DNA of 64,000 nucleotides from Octopus vulgaris (GCA_951406725.2 OX597821.1:113026001-113090000), one strand, 5' to 3'; positions 51,046 through 63,289 are shown, counted from the stretch's first letter. The notes: a model not told the origin generated them from the sequence alone. Numbers and translations: made by a program.

Positions 51046-51642
51046 GGCAGCAGGCTGGCAGAAACGTTAGCACACCGGGCAAAATGCTTAGTGGTATTTC
51101 ATCTGTTTTTACGTTCTGAGTTCAAATTCCGTCGAGGTCGACTTTGCCTTTCATTCTTTCGGGGTCGATTAAATAAGTACCAGTTATGCACTGGGGTTGA
51201 TATAATCGACTTAATCCGTTTGTCTGTCCTTGTTTGTCCTCTCTGTGTTTAGCCCCTTGTGGGTAATAAAGAAATAGGTATTTCATCTGTCTTTACATTC
51301 TGAGTTCAAATTCTGCCGAATTCAGATTTGCCTTTCATCCTTTTGCAGTTGATAAATTAAGTACTAGTTGCATACTGGGGTTGATCTAATCGACTGGCTC
51401 CCTTACCAACAATTTCGGGTCTTGTGCCTAGAGTAGAAAAGAATATTTTTAGGGTGGTGAGCTGGCAGAATTGTTAGCACGCTGGGTGAAATGCATAGCG
51501 GTATTTTGTCTTTACATCCTGAGTTCAAATTCTGCTGAGGTCAGCTTTGCCTTTCATCCTTTCAGAGTTAATAAATTAAGTACCAGTTGCATACTGGGTT
51601 GATCTAATCGAATGGCCCCCTCCCCCAAAATTTCAGGCCTCT
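51046..51642 (+). mobile_element. Nested/tandem SINE family 1 cluster (1b within 1a, then 1a)
   Basis: After tail 1b (AAAGAAATA) the sequence restarts at the internal GGTATTTCATCTG. Confidence 0.85.
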
Positions 51643-51671
51643 TTCTTTGGTGTTTGGAATATAAATTAACA

Positions 51672-52078
51672 TTTCTTTTACTTATTTCAGTCATTTGACT
51701 GTGGCCATGCTGGAGCACCACCTTTAGTCAAAAAAATCGACCCCAGGACTTATTCTTTATATACCTAGTACTTATTCTATCGGTCTCTTTTGCTGAACTG
51801 CTAAGTTACATGGACGTAAATGCACCAGCATCGGTTGTCAAGCGATGGTGGGGGGACAAACACAGACACAAACAAATACACACATATTTACATACATATA
51901 TATGTATGTATACACGACGGGCTTCTTTCAGTTTCCGTCTACCAAATCCACTCACAAGGTTTTGGTCAGCCCTAGGCTATAGTAGAAGACACCTGCCCAA
52001 GGTGCCACACAGTGGGACTGAACCTAGAACCTTGTGGTTGGTAAGCAAGCTACTTACCACACACCCCCACTCCTGTGC
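51672..52078 (-). mobile_element. SINE family 2
   Basis: Full pattern. Confidence 0.88.
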
Positions 52079-52669
52079 CTCTATATACACATACACACAT
52101 ATATGAGAGAGAGAGAAAGAAAGAGAGAGATTGGTAGATAGATATCATAAAGAGATTTGTTATTGTAGTGAATTGACAATCTACAATTTCTTCCAGAGAA
52201 TATTATCTCGACACTCTTTCCTTTTGTTGCTTTGTTATGGACTTTATTGATTAACATTTTCCGGGTTACCTTTTGTTTATAGTAACCTTGGTTACGAGTT
52301 AGGAGGAGCTTCTCTCTATTTACAATAGGGTTTTACCTTCTTTTTTTGCCATCTGTATTTCTTTCCTCCTCTGCCTTTCCTCCTGTGTGTGCTGCTGATA
52401 GCTGGTGGTCCAAGCGAATGGCTAACATACAGCAGATGGTTAGCTGGTTGTAGCTAAGTATTATGTCCAGGTATGTTAGATAGCTTGTATTGAATTGAAA
52501 TCTCAGTACAATTGTGTGTATGTCTGCCTCTCATTATGTATGTGTTTGTGCTAGTGTGTGTGTCTGTGTAAGTGAATATGTATGTCTCTGTATGTGTGTG
52601 GTTGTATGTTTCTGATTTCTTTCTGAAACATTTTTTTCAAGTTCATGATTTTACTGATTACATGCTTTA

Positions 52670-53622
52670 AACCCTTTATTACAATGTTTGTCAAAATATT
52701 CTGCCTTTGTTTCTATTAATTATTTCGGTTAAAATACGCCGCCTTTGTTTTGTTTCAATTAAATTTTTTAAATAACGAAAAATTTAGTAAAGTAACTTTG
52801 TCATTATTAAGTTGATGTTTGGAACATAAATTAGCACGAAACTTTGAATGAAGGTTTTCATTGTAGATCACTTTAACCCTTTTGTAAACATATTTGTGTC
52901 AAAATACACCACCATCATCATCATCATCATTGTCGTTTAACATCCGCTTTCCATCTAGAATGGATTGGATGATTTGACTGAGGACTGGCGAACCAGATGG
53001 CTGCGCCAGGCTCCAATCTGATCTGGCAGAGTTTCTACAGCTGGATGCCATTTCCTAACGCCAACCACTCCGAGAGTGTAGTGGGTGCTTTCTACATGCC
53101 ATGCCACCGGCACGGGGCCCAGTCAGGCAGTACTGGCAATGGCCACATCAAGTGGTGTTTTTTACATGCCACCTGCACAGGAGACAGTCCAGTGGCACTG
53201 GCAACGACCTCGCTCGAATGCTTCTTTACGTGTCATGGGCACAAGTGCCAGTAAGGCAATGCTGGTAACGATCATGCTTAAATGATGCTTTTTACATGCC
53301 ATCAGCATGGAAGCCAGTCACCTGCTCTGGCAGCGATCACGCTCGAATGGTGCTCTTAGCGCTCCACTGGCACAGGTGCCAGTCATCGAATTTGCAAATT
53401 TGGTTTGATTTTGATTTCAATTGCCTCAACAGGTCTTTGCAGGCTATTTCAATTATTTTGAAAATAAAGAACAATTTAAGTAAAATAACTCATTATTTAT
53501 CTGGTGCTTGGAACTTAGATAAAAATGAAATTTTGATAGGTTTTAATTTAAATTACTTTAAAACAAGAAATTTGTATCGTAGTACCAAGGGTGGTCTCAG
53601 GTGGGTTTGTATGGAAAGGGTT
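52670..53622. mobile_element. Stacked piggyBac-like MITEs with an antisense RTE 3' end (52910-53440) inside
   Basis: CCCTTT starts near 52672 and 52877, end ATGGAAAGGG; (CAT)n-led RTE UTR with five about 63-bp units. Confidence 0.75.
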
Positions 53623-54087
53623 GAAGACCAGCTAGTGTCTGATTGGGAGACAACTCCAATGAGGTGGGCATGTGATGTGAGTGAACGATGAATGTGGAGT
53701 GAAAAACAGATGTGTGTGCTGGCAGAGGAATGAAGATTGGAATAAATGAAAAGGAAGGAATGGTGATGTTCGAACTCAAGAAGTGCCAGTTGAGAAGTAA
53801 AGAGGTACAAAGCTGGGTATGCTGTAGATTACATGGATACCCCAGCTGGAAATAAAAAAAAGGAGAGTGACTTAGCGAGTTAGATAAAGCAAGTGATAAT
53901 GAGAAAGATGATGGTGAAGATAGGTGATTGGTAGAGACTGTAGGCAGGGAAAAGATAGTGAGAAGTGGTTGGGTGGGGGATGAAAAGTAACTGATAAAGC
54001 CTGTGGATGTAGTAAGTATTTATTCTGCTGTCAGGTGGTGGTGATGATGATGATGATGATGATAATAATAATAATAATAATAATAAT

Positions 54088-54540
54088 CTTTTCTACTAAA
54101 GGAACAAGGCCTGAAATTTTGGGGTAGGGGACTAGTCGATTACATCGACCCCCAGTGTATAACTGGTATATAATTTATCAACCCCAAAAGGATGAAAGGC
54201 AAAGTTGACCCCAGTGGCATTTGAACTCAGAACGTCAAGACAGATGAAAGACTGCTAAGCATTTCGCCCGGTGTGCTAAAGTTTCTACCAGGTTGCTGCC
54301 TTAAGGCTTATAAATATTCTTTTCTTCTCTAAGAACAAGGCCCGAAATTTTTGGGGAGTGGTGTGGGGGCCAGTCGATTACACCGACCCCAGTGTTTCAC
54401 TGGTACTTAATTTATTGACCCAGAAAGGATGAAGGGCAAAGTTGACCACGGCAGAATTTGAACTCAGAATATAAAGATAGATGAAATACCACTAAGCATT
54501 TTGCCCGGCGTGCTACCATTTCTGTTAGCTCGCTGCCTTG
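54088..54540 (-). mobile_element. Two tandem SINE family 1 (1a) copies
   Basis: Reverse-complement matches next to (AAT)n. Confidence 0.85.
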
Positions 54541-54617
54541 TCATGTGTTAATACTAAAAAATGTTTTATGTTTTGGCACAAGGTCAGCAGTTTTAAGGAT
54601 AAAAATCAATTATATCT

Positions 54618-54985
54618 AACCACATAGTTCCGGGTTCAGTCCCACTGTGTGGTACCTTGGCAAAGTGTCTTCTACTATAGCCTCAGGTCGACCAACGCCT
54701 TGTGAGTGGATTTGGTTGATGGAAACTGAAAGAAGCCCATTGTATGTATATATATATATGTGTGTGTGAGTGTGTTTGTGTGTGTGTTTGTCACCCCACC
54801 GTCACTTGACAACCGATGTTGGTGTGTTTACGTCCCTGTAACTTAGTGGTTCAGCAAATGAGACTGATAGATTAAGTACTAGGCTTACAAAGAATAAGTC
54901 CTGGGGGGTCGATTTGCTTGACTAAAGGTGGCGCTCCAGCATGGCTATAGTTAAATGACTGAAACAAGTAACAGAATAAAAGAAT
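54618..54985 (+). mobile_element. SINE family 2
   Basis: Pattern match, slightly 5'-truncated. Confidence 0.85.
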
Positions 54986-55135
54986 ACCAATTTCAGTACT
55001 CAACAAAGTCAGCCCAAGAAGAATTTGACCAGCAGAAGAATTTAAAGATGGATGAAATACCATTAAGTATTTTGTCCTGTGCTGCAACGATTCAGCAAAG
55101 TCCCTACCTTAATAACAACAACAATAACAACAATG

Positions 55136-55181
<46 letters not shown>

Positions 55182-55183
<2 letters not shown>

Positions 55184-55690
55184 GGCAAGCTGGCAGAATG
55201 GTTAGCAATCTGGATGAAGTGCTTAGTGGTATTTCATCCATCCTTGTGTTCAGAGTTCAAATTCCTCTGTGGTTGACTCTGTCTTTCATCCTTTCAGGGT
55301 TGATAAATTAAGTACCAGTTAAATGATGGGGGTCAATGTAATCGACTACTCCCCTCCTCCAAAATTTCAGGCCTTATGCCTTTAGAAGAAATTATTACTG
55401 TTGTTATTATTATTATTATTTTTATTATTATTATTATTATTATTAATGATATTAATATTATTATTATTATTATTATTATTGATAGTGAAGTCAAGGTGAC
55501 ATTAACACTCTGGGCAAATTGTTTAGCAGCATTTCGTCTGTCTTCATGTTCTGAGTTCAAATTCCACCAAGGATGACTCTGCTTTTCATCCCTTCGGGTT
55601 CAATAAATTAAGGACCACTTAATTACATCAACCAGCCCCTTCCTGCAAAATTTCAGACCTTGTACCTGTAGCAGCAGAAAGGATTTATTA
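55182..55690 (+). mobile_element. Two SINE family 1 copies separated by (ATT)n
   Basis: A/B boxes and TTTCATCC core twice. Confidence 0.8.
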
Positions 55691-56034
55691 CTAGAGAAGT
55701 CTTTTGCTTCTACTGAAACACTACGATTTCAATATTAATATTCATTTTTCTTTTTGTTTTTTGTTTTTTGATGTCTGGTGTGATTTCTTCTATTAGTATT
55801 GAATTATAGGTTTCTCTTATCAAAACTCATCAAGGACAAACCCACTTTACCTGATTTATCCTGTTTGTTCTCCACTTCAATATTATTCCCAGCTAATTGT
55901 TTCACCTCTATTTCCATACAACTGACTAACTCTGTTTCTAATAAGGTGTTGTCTACGTGCATTAATTATATCCACTTTCGTAACGGTCTCTTTACTTTGT
56001 TATCCAGTCAAATGTATTATATATATATATATAC

Positions 56035-56502
56035 AGGTGCAGGAGTGGCTGTGTGGTAAGAAGCTTGTTTCCAAACCACATGGTTCTGGGTTCAGTCCCA
56101 CTGCATGGCACCTTGGGCAAGTGTCTTCTACTATAGCCTTGGACTGACCAAAGCCTTGTGAGTGGATTTGGTAGACGGAAACTGAAAGAAGCCTGTCATG
56201 TATATGTGTATATGTGTGTGTGTTTGTGTGTATATATATATATGTGTATATATATATGTGTGTGTGTGTGTATATATATATATACTTATGTATGTATTTG
56301 TGTGTCTGTGTTTGTCACCGACCATCGCTTGACAACCGATGTTGGAGGGTTTACATCCCCATAACTTAGCAGTTCAGCAAAAGAAACCGATAGAATAAGA
56401 ACTAGGCTTATAAGAATAAGTCCTGGAGTCAATTTGTTCGACTAAAAGCGGTGCTCCAGCAAGGCCACAGTCAAATGACTTAAACAAGTAAAATAGTAAA
56501 AA
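56035..56502 (+). mobile_element. Full-length SINE family 2
   Basis: GGTGCAGGAGTGGCTGTGTGGTAAG head, long (TA/TG) interior, CAGTCAAATGACT tail. Confidence 0.9.
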
Positions 56503-56517
56503 ATATATGTGTGTATA

Positions 56518-56820
56518 TGAAGGTACATGGCTTAGTGGTTATGGTGTTGCATTCACAATTGCAAGATTGCGGGTTCAATTCCCAGACTGGGTACTGCATT
56601 GTGTTCTTGTGCAAAATACTTCATTTCACATTGCTGTGCAATCATTTCGTCACCTGAGATGCGGCACACGTTGCACCTGCACGGGTAATGTCGATTTGAT
56701 GGAGGGAGTGAGGTTATGTGAATACAAACATTTGATCACTATAAACAAATTACCTTTGAGGTTGTTCAGCAAGGAATTGCAGAACCATCATACATTGTCT
56801 AACAATGGGAGAGTCCATGA
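56518..56820 (+). mobile_element. tRNA-headed SINE with another tail type
   Basis: TGGCTTAGTGGTTA...GGGTTCAATTCCC, TGTGTTCTTGTGCAAAATACTT; ends in (TA)n. Confidence 0.65.
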
Positions 56821-56917
56821 TATATATATATATGTATATAATGGCGGTGCCCCAGCATGGCCATAGCTCATGAGCTGAAACTGGAAAAATCAAAATCAAA
56901 TCAAAATATATATATAT

Positions 56918-57320
56918 ATCATCATCATCATCATCATTTTAGCGTCCGTTTTCCATGCTAGCATGGGTTGGATATTCATCAGGCCCAGTCATAGTGTTTC
57001 TACGGCTGGATGCCCTTCCTAACGCCAACCTATATATATATATACAAGGTCATCTGCTAGCCTTGTCTGGCACCTGTGTCGGTGGCACATAAAAACACCA
57101 TCCGAGCGTGGCCGTTCGCCAGCTTCGTCTGGCACCTGTGTCGGTGGCACATAAAATCACCCACTACACTCTCGGAGTGGTTGGCGTTAGGAAGGGCATC
57201 CAGCTGTAGAAACACTGCCAGATCTGACTGGCCTGGTGCAGCCTTCGGGCTCCCCAGACCCCAGTTGAACCGTCCAACCCATGCTAGCATGGAAAGCGGA
57301 CGTTAAATGATGATGATGAC
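56918..57320. mobile_element. Two RTE 3' ends in inverted orientation
   Basis: (-) copy 56918-57030 and (+) copy 57055-57320. Confidence 0.75.
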
Positions 57321-57328
57321 GTATGTAA

Positions 57329-57359
<31 letters not shown>

Positions 57360-57368
57360 CGTATGTAA

Positions 57369-57406
<38 letters not shown>

Positions 57407-57408
<2 letters not shown>

Positions 57409-57766
57409 GCACCACTGCATAGTGCCAAGGACTCCAAATTTGCCATCAAGATGTAGGACAAGATACTGCAATAGCCTGGGCTTCAGAGGTCCACAGCTCT
57501 TCAATATCCTCCCGAAGGACCTGAGAGACCTGCATGGGGTGGATGCAAATGTCTTTAAAATAAAGCTGGACCTCTTCCTGTCAGGTTTCCCAGATGAACC
57601 AACTTCACAGCAGGAGGTGCAGATGAGGGCAGCTGCATCAAACTCTCTTATGCACCAAATGTCAATTGCTAAAAAGCATTCGTGAAGTAAAATCATGTAG
57701 CAACACCGAATGGCAGTGCCCCAGCATGGCCACAGCTCATGAGCTGAAACTAAATGAAATGAAAAA
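57407..57766 (+). mobile_element. 5'-truncated CR1-like LINE 3' end in (TA)n
   Basis: Open frame ...NSLGFRGPQLFNILPKDLR...FKIKLDLFLSGFPDEP...AAASNSL resembles a CR1-clade ORF2 C-terminus; short 3' UTR with stem-loop and (TGAAA) tail; mini-copy at 56841-56906. Confidence 0.8.
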
Positions 57767-58000
57767 ATATATATATATATATACTTACATACATATATAT
57801 AAACATACACACATACTCACAAAGATAGAGAGAGAAATGCAGGTATATCAAATACTATGCAACATAAATCCTTGATTTCTTAAAATTATCTCTGTGTCTA
57901 GAGGATGTGTCATAATTACCAAATTGTAATTGAAACCAGCTCTATATAAGAAGGGGAGATAATCTCAGGAATAAAGAATTCTCCAAAGCTGACATGCCGT

Positions 58001-58043
58001 TAATGAACATTTGTTTCTGCCTTAGTTAGGCATCATCAGATTA
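58001..58043 (-). ncRNA. Minimal type-I hammerhead ribozyme motif
   Basis: UAAU CUGAUGA UGCCU-AACUA-AGGCA GAAAC AAAU GUUC AUUA; perfect stems I and II, one extra base near the cleavage site. Confidence 0.65.
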
Positions 58044-58879
58044 TGATATGATATATATTAATTTCGTGTTTATTTCTGTTCTAAATACCAGCTTAAGTGT
58101 GACATAGTTATTTTTCTGGCTCTTTCATCATTTTTCTAACTTAACTGAAACAGTCGGTATATTTCAACAGAAAAATACGGCTATGAAAGGGGTGGGTGTG
58201 AATTCTGTAAGAAATAAAATCTGCACCAGACTGACCTGAATTGAGTTATTGTATTGTCCCAATTTCACCAGTGAGATTCATGAATTTAGAAAATCTCTCT
58301 TCTGTGAAGATCTGATTCTATTGTTTTGATTGCGATAATCAAGCCGAAGTTGTCTAGTAAGTAAGATCTCTGTAGATAACTGTATTTAGTATTATGAACA
58401 ATTCTAAACTGCCTGTATGTATTTGTGTAACTTCCCATAGGAAGATATAGATTCATAGTAAGTTTCATTTAAATATTTGAAACCGAAAAAAGAAATAAAG
58501 AAAGAGACAACAAAGAACTCAATGTGCTCGATAATTTAGCACTTCTGTGATGATTTGGTTTTGTCTGTTTGTTAGCAAATATCGGATGTTTATTGTGTAA
58601 CATTGGATTGTTTGACATTGAGAGTGGTAGTGAGGGGACAGGTATGGGTGGGCATGGAGTGTAAAGGCTTTGGGATTAGAGGAAAGTAATTAATACAATG
58701 CTTCCAGTAAAACTTGTGCTTCCTTCAGCAGTTTAAATCTATTTTGTTCCCAACATGCCTGGGATTAACTTTGGTTTCAATGACATGAAAGAAACCTCTT
58801 GTTTTAAAGGTTTCATAATGAGATACAAAACCTGTCTGATCTATAATGGTTATATTTAGTTTAACCCCTCTCCTTGCGG

Positions 58880-59365
58880 CCATCATCATCATCATCATTA
58901 TCATCATCATCATCGTTCAACATCTGCTTTCCATGCTGACCTTGGTTGGACGGCTTGACTGAGGACTGGTGAGCCAGTGGTTGCTCCAGGCTAAATCTCA
59001 TCTGGCAAAGTTTCCACAGTTGGTTCCTAATGTCAACCACTCCGAGAGTGTTGTGGGTGCTTTTTACGTGCCACCGGCATGAGGGCCAGTCAGGCAGTTC
59101 TGGCAACAACCACACTCAAAAGGTGTTCTTATGTGCTATCTGCATGGTAGCCACTCCAGCGGCACTGGCAACGACCACACTCGAATGTTTTTTTCCATGT
59201 GCCAGTAAGGCAATGCTGGCAACGATCACACTCAATCGGTACTTTTCACATGTCACCGGCACTGGAGCCAATCTGTAGCCCTAGCAACGATCACGCTCGG
59301 GTGTGCTGCTAAGATTCCACTGGCACGAGTGCCAATCAGGCGGTACTGTCATCGGCCACATCATT
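58880..59365 (-). mobile_element. RTE LINE 3' UTR fragment with tandem units
   Basis: (CAT)n lead and about five GTGC...GGCAC units. Confidence 0.82.
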
Positions 59366-59499
59366 TTGCTAAATTATATTCCAAATACCAGTTTAGGGAT
59401 AGCAAGAATTCATATTCTGAAATCTCTGCAAAATTTTCAACTATTTTCAATACAAATAAAAACACAGAATGTGTTTCGTTAGCAATATGTATAGCATTA

Positions 59500-60180
59500 T
59501 CATTGTGATTCTCATTTTAATGTCCACCTTTTCATGCTGGATGAAGTTCACTGAGGCAAATTTTCTACAGCTGGATGCCCTTCCTGTCACTAACCCTCAC
59601 CTGTTTCTGAGTAAAGTTTATTTCTCTGGCCAGAAATATTTTCCATGAAAAGCTAGAAACAAACATTGCTTGTGTGTCTCGGATGCTCATTCACAACCAT
59701 CAAATGATATCAAGACAAGCATACACAATGACACATACATGCATAGACAGACACACGCATAGACACATGCATGAATAGTCACACATAGGTGCATAGACAC
59801 ACACATTGACTCATAGACAGATACACACACACATGCATGAATAGACACATACATGCATAGACATACACATACACATAGATGCATAGACATATACATTGAC
59901 ACATACACGCATAGACACTGCATGTATAGACACTGCGTGCATAGACACACACATAGACACATACATGCAAAGACACATACATGCATACACATGCACACAT
60001 AGACACACACACACATGTGCGCATATGACTGGTTTCTTTCAGTCCCCATCGACCAAATCCACTGACAAGGCTTTGGTCAACCAAGTGTTATAGTAAAAAA
60101 CATTTGCCCAAGGTGGGGCTGAACCCAAGACCACATGATTGGAAAGAAAGCTTCTTAACCACACAGCCACACCTGCACCT
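59500..60180 (-). mobile_element. SINE family 2R with expanded internal CATAGACAC minisatellite
   Basis: RTE-like tail 59500-59640, minisatellite 59730-60020, family 2 head 60025-60180. Confidence 0.7.
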
Positions 60181-60669
60181 ATATTTAAGATTATTCATAT
60201 AAAAAAAAACAAAGACGTCATAGTATCTGAAAGTAACTTCACTCATATACTCAAGGTCGACGAAAAACATGAATTAATTTGCTCCTGATTTCAAGTTCAG
60301 ATGCTTGATGGTCTGTCTTAATTATCATGTACAGCATCAACATGTGAGTTAATCTCATTGAATAACGTGCTGTATATTATTGCTTTGATTGGTAAAAAAC
60401 TGTTGTTTGATGTCAGTATTACCTGAACATAAGAGGATAATACTTTCATTTGACTTACCTTTGTTGTCTGATATTGATAAAAAATTAAGCCAGTCTTAAC
60501 ATTGACTTTGAACAATTATATCTCTGCTTGGATTCTGTATCTGATAGTCTAAATATAATCGCTTCTTACTGACATTAACTTTATATCTTCCAAATGAACC
60601 CCCTTTATTTAGTAGCCTTGTCATACCATTTCTCTGTTTCTCCTTATCTAACATCCTCTTTTTATCTTG

Positions 60670-61013
60670 GCACATGACCTGCTGTGCTTGAGGAGACCTA
60701 TTGAGTCAAGTACATCAACATCAAAATGAATGTCAAATGGAAATAGTAGTCGTGATACCTGTGCCGGTGGCATGTAAAAAGCACCATCCAAACGTGGCCG
60801 ATGCCAGTGCTACCTTGATTGGTTTCCGTACCAGTGGCATGTAAAAAGCACCCACTACACTCACTGAGTGGTTGGCGTTAGGAAGGGCATCCAGCTGTAG
60901 AAACTCTGCCAGATCAGACTGGAGCCTGGTGCAGCCTCCTGGCTTCCCAGACCCCGGTCGAACCGTCCAACCCATGCTAGCACGGAAAACAGAAGTTAAA
61001 CGATGATGATGAT
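60670..61013 (+). mobile_element. RTE LINE 3' UTR fragment
   Basis: GAGGAGACCTATTGAGTCAAGTACATCAA is identical to about 18436; (GAT)n tail. Confidence 0.88.
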
Positions 61014-62232
61014 ATTAACTTAACATTTTTTCCTTCCAAATGTACCCCCTTTATTTTGTGGCCTCCCCCCATATCATTTCTCTGTTACCCCCTATTATCT
61101 AACATCCTCTCTTTAGCATTTATTTTTCTACTGAATTTGATGCTCTGACACATCTTCAACACCATCCTTCTTCTCTTCTAATGGTGGCAACCATCTATCT
61201 CCCCCACACCAAGACACCTGTTCCTGACACCCTCCCCTGTCATACTATAGCATCTTATTACCTGACATAAAACCACCTCCCTCTATACAACTCCCCCACC
61301 TCAGTTTAGAGGTGTTGTCTTGTGAGATTCTCAGGAACTTTTCTAGTGCTGCTACCATTTTATAAAGTGGCTGGCATTACGAAGGTTAGGGCATCCAGGC
61401 ATAGAAGCCATGCCAAATTAGACATTGGAGCTTCATGCAGCCCTCTGGGTCACCAACCCCTGTTGATCCATCCAACCCAAACAAGCATGGGAAAACAGAT
61501 GCTAAATGATGATGATGTGGGGGAGGAGGAATTTTCTGATAAGTTATCTAAATCATTGAGATTATGAGGAAATCTTATGCTAATACATGCAAGAGTAGTT
61601 CTTTACAAAATATTTGGTGATATATTTCCCACAGTTTTGTATAAAAATAAGTCAAAACCATTGAAGAATACAAACTCAGTCAATTTTATTCATGTGTTGT
61701 TATGACATCTTACAGTGCTGCCATCATCAACCATTGCTTTGACATTCTTATAACATGTCACAATTTCTAAACTGAAGCCATAATAGAGGGAGTTAGATGA
61801 AGTTAATTTGTTTAAATGTTTATACAGTTTTCAGGTTTTTACCTTTTGTTTGAGAATGAAAGAAGGAGAGAATGTAGGCCAGAAGCAAGTAGAATGCCTA
61901 CTTGCTAACAGCCTTTATATACTGGACAAACAACAACATTGTTTCTCTTTTTCTCTTTCCTTCTCTTTTCCTTCATTCTCATCTGAAGTGTAACATTATT
62001 CACTCTTCACAGGAATTGAATTTAACAAATTCTCATATGGGTTAATTGCTGCTTGTGTAGGCCATCGCCAGTTTCCTCAGATTCTGAACTGAAATAGTCT
62101 CAGGGCACTGATAAATAATGATAAAAGTAGACATGGTGAAAATTAAGAAGTCGTTTTAAAGTGTTGTTATTGAGGTGAAAGACAAAAAGTGAGTTGAGAA
62201 ATACTGAAATAATAAATTGGTAATTGTTCTGT

Positions 62233-62495
62233 CGACAGCTCTTGAGAGTCAACAACATCATGAGATCGATCAAGGGGAATGAATATAGATGGGCTGGCCA
62301 CATCATGTGGCTGAAAGACAACAAATGGTCAATAAGGGTGGCAAGATGGGCACCAAGACAATAGACAAGATCAAGAGGCCAACTAAAGGCAAGATGATCT
62401 CACCTACAACATGGGGTCTACCTAAATGGCTATGACTTGCCAGAGACAGACAGCAGTGGAAGAAGTCTAGGGAGAGGTTCCTCTTTTAGGAGTGA
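62233..62495 (+). mobile_element. Degenerate RTE LINE ORF C-terminus (third RTE family)
   Basis: RQLLRVNNIMRSIKGNEYRWAGHIMWLKDNKWSIRVARWAPR*...LARDRQQW resembles RTE WAGH..DNRW..W.PR motifs. Confidence 0.75.
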
Positions 62496-62527
62496 TGAAG
62501 CTCTGAATAATATTATTATTATTATTA

Positions 62528-63085
62528 TTGAGTGAGAGAGCAGTGCATGCCATCAAAGTGACACTGGGGTAAAATATACGAAGCCCAGTATACCCATCAT
62601 GCCTACCTGTCTGATAAAGGTACACTAGGTACATGCATCACAACCATGTGTGCATGACATGGTGATCTCATATCAAGATAAACAGCACATGACCTTGCAG
62701 GTGGGGCCCACTTAGAATTTTCTTCCGGTCAAGTAACCCATCCTGCTCAAAAGGTCCCTGAATAAGGGTTGTTTAAGGATGTTGAATGAAATACCCATGT
62801 TTCCAGAGGTGGATCATTCAAACCCCAAAGAATCCCTCTCAACACATGGCTATGATGCTCCCCCACTACTTCTGCTCGTGATCAGAGATGCACTTATCGT
62901 CAGCCACTAAGGGACATGCTCAACTGGTTAAGGTCAAACAACTGACAAGCAAATCTGTGGTATTGAGCAGAATATTTGCTGTAGCCCATCTTTTATACCA
63001 AGACAAAACAATGCACATGATAACACTTCTAATCAGTTAAGATCAGAAGCCATGAGAGCCACTGCCAAGTACTGCATCAGGGCAT
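62528..63085 (-). mobile_element. (AAT)n-embedded non-coding retroelement, longer copy
   Basis: About 560 bp, no ORF, ends CTCTCACTC(AAT)n on - strand; (ATT)n on both flanks. Confidence 0.75.
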
Positions 63086-63289
63086 TTTATTATTATTATT
63101 GTTATAGATATCGCACAGTATACAATAATGTGAGATTGTTGATTGAAGATATTGTGTCTACTACGGGTTTGTTTTGTTTGTCAAGTCACGACAAGGACCT
63201 CAGACAGACAGTACTTTACACAATATGTGTGCAGTTACAAGTAATGTTGACTTTTGCTATACATCTAGATTGTAGGGTATCTCTAAGGT

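Noticed and set aside
52398-52450. Resemblance to miR-133 or miR-317 (AGCTGGTTG, AGCTGGTGGT)
   Set aside because: Only 9-10 nt match; the mature sequences are absent
53085-53390. CRISPR-like array of palindromic GTGCC..GGCAC repeats with about 38-nt spacers
   Set aside because: The spacers are homologous to each other, the array lies in an RTE 3' UTR, the context is eukaryotic and there are no cas genes
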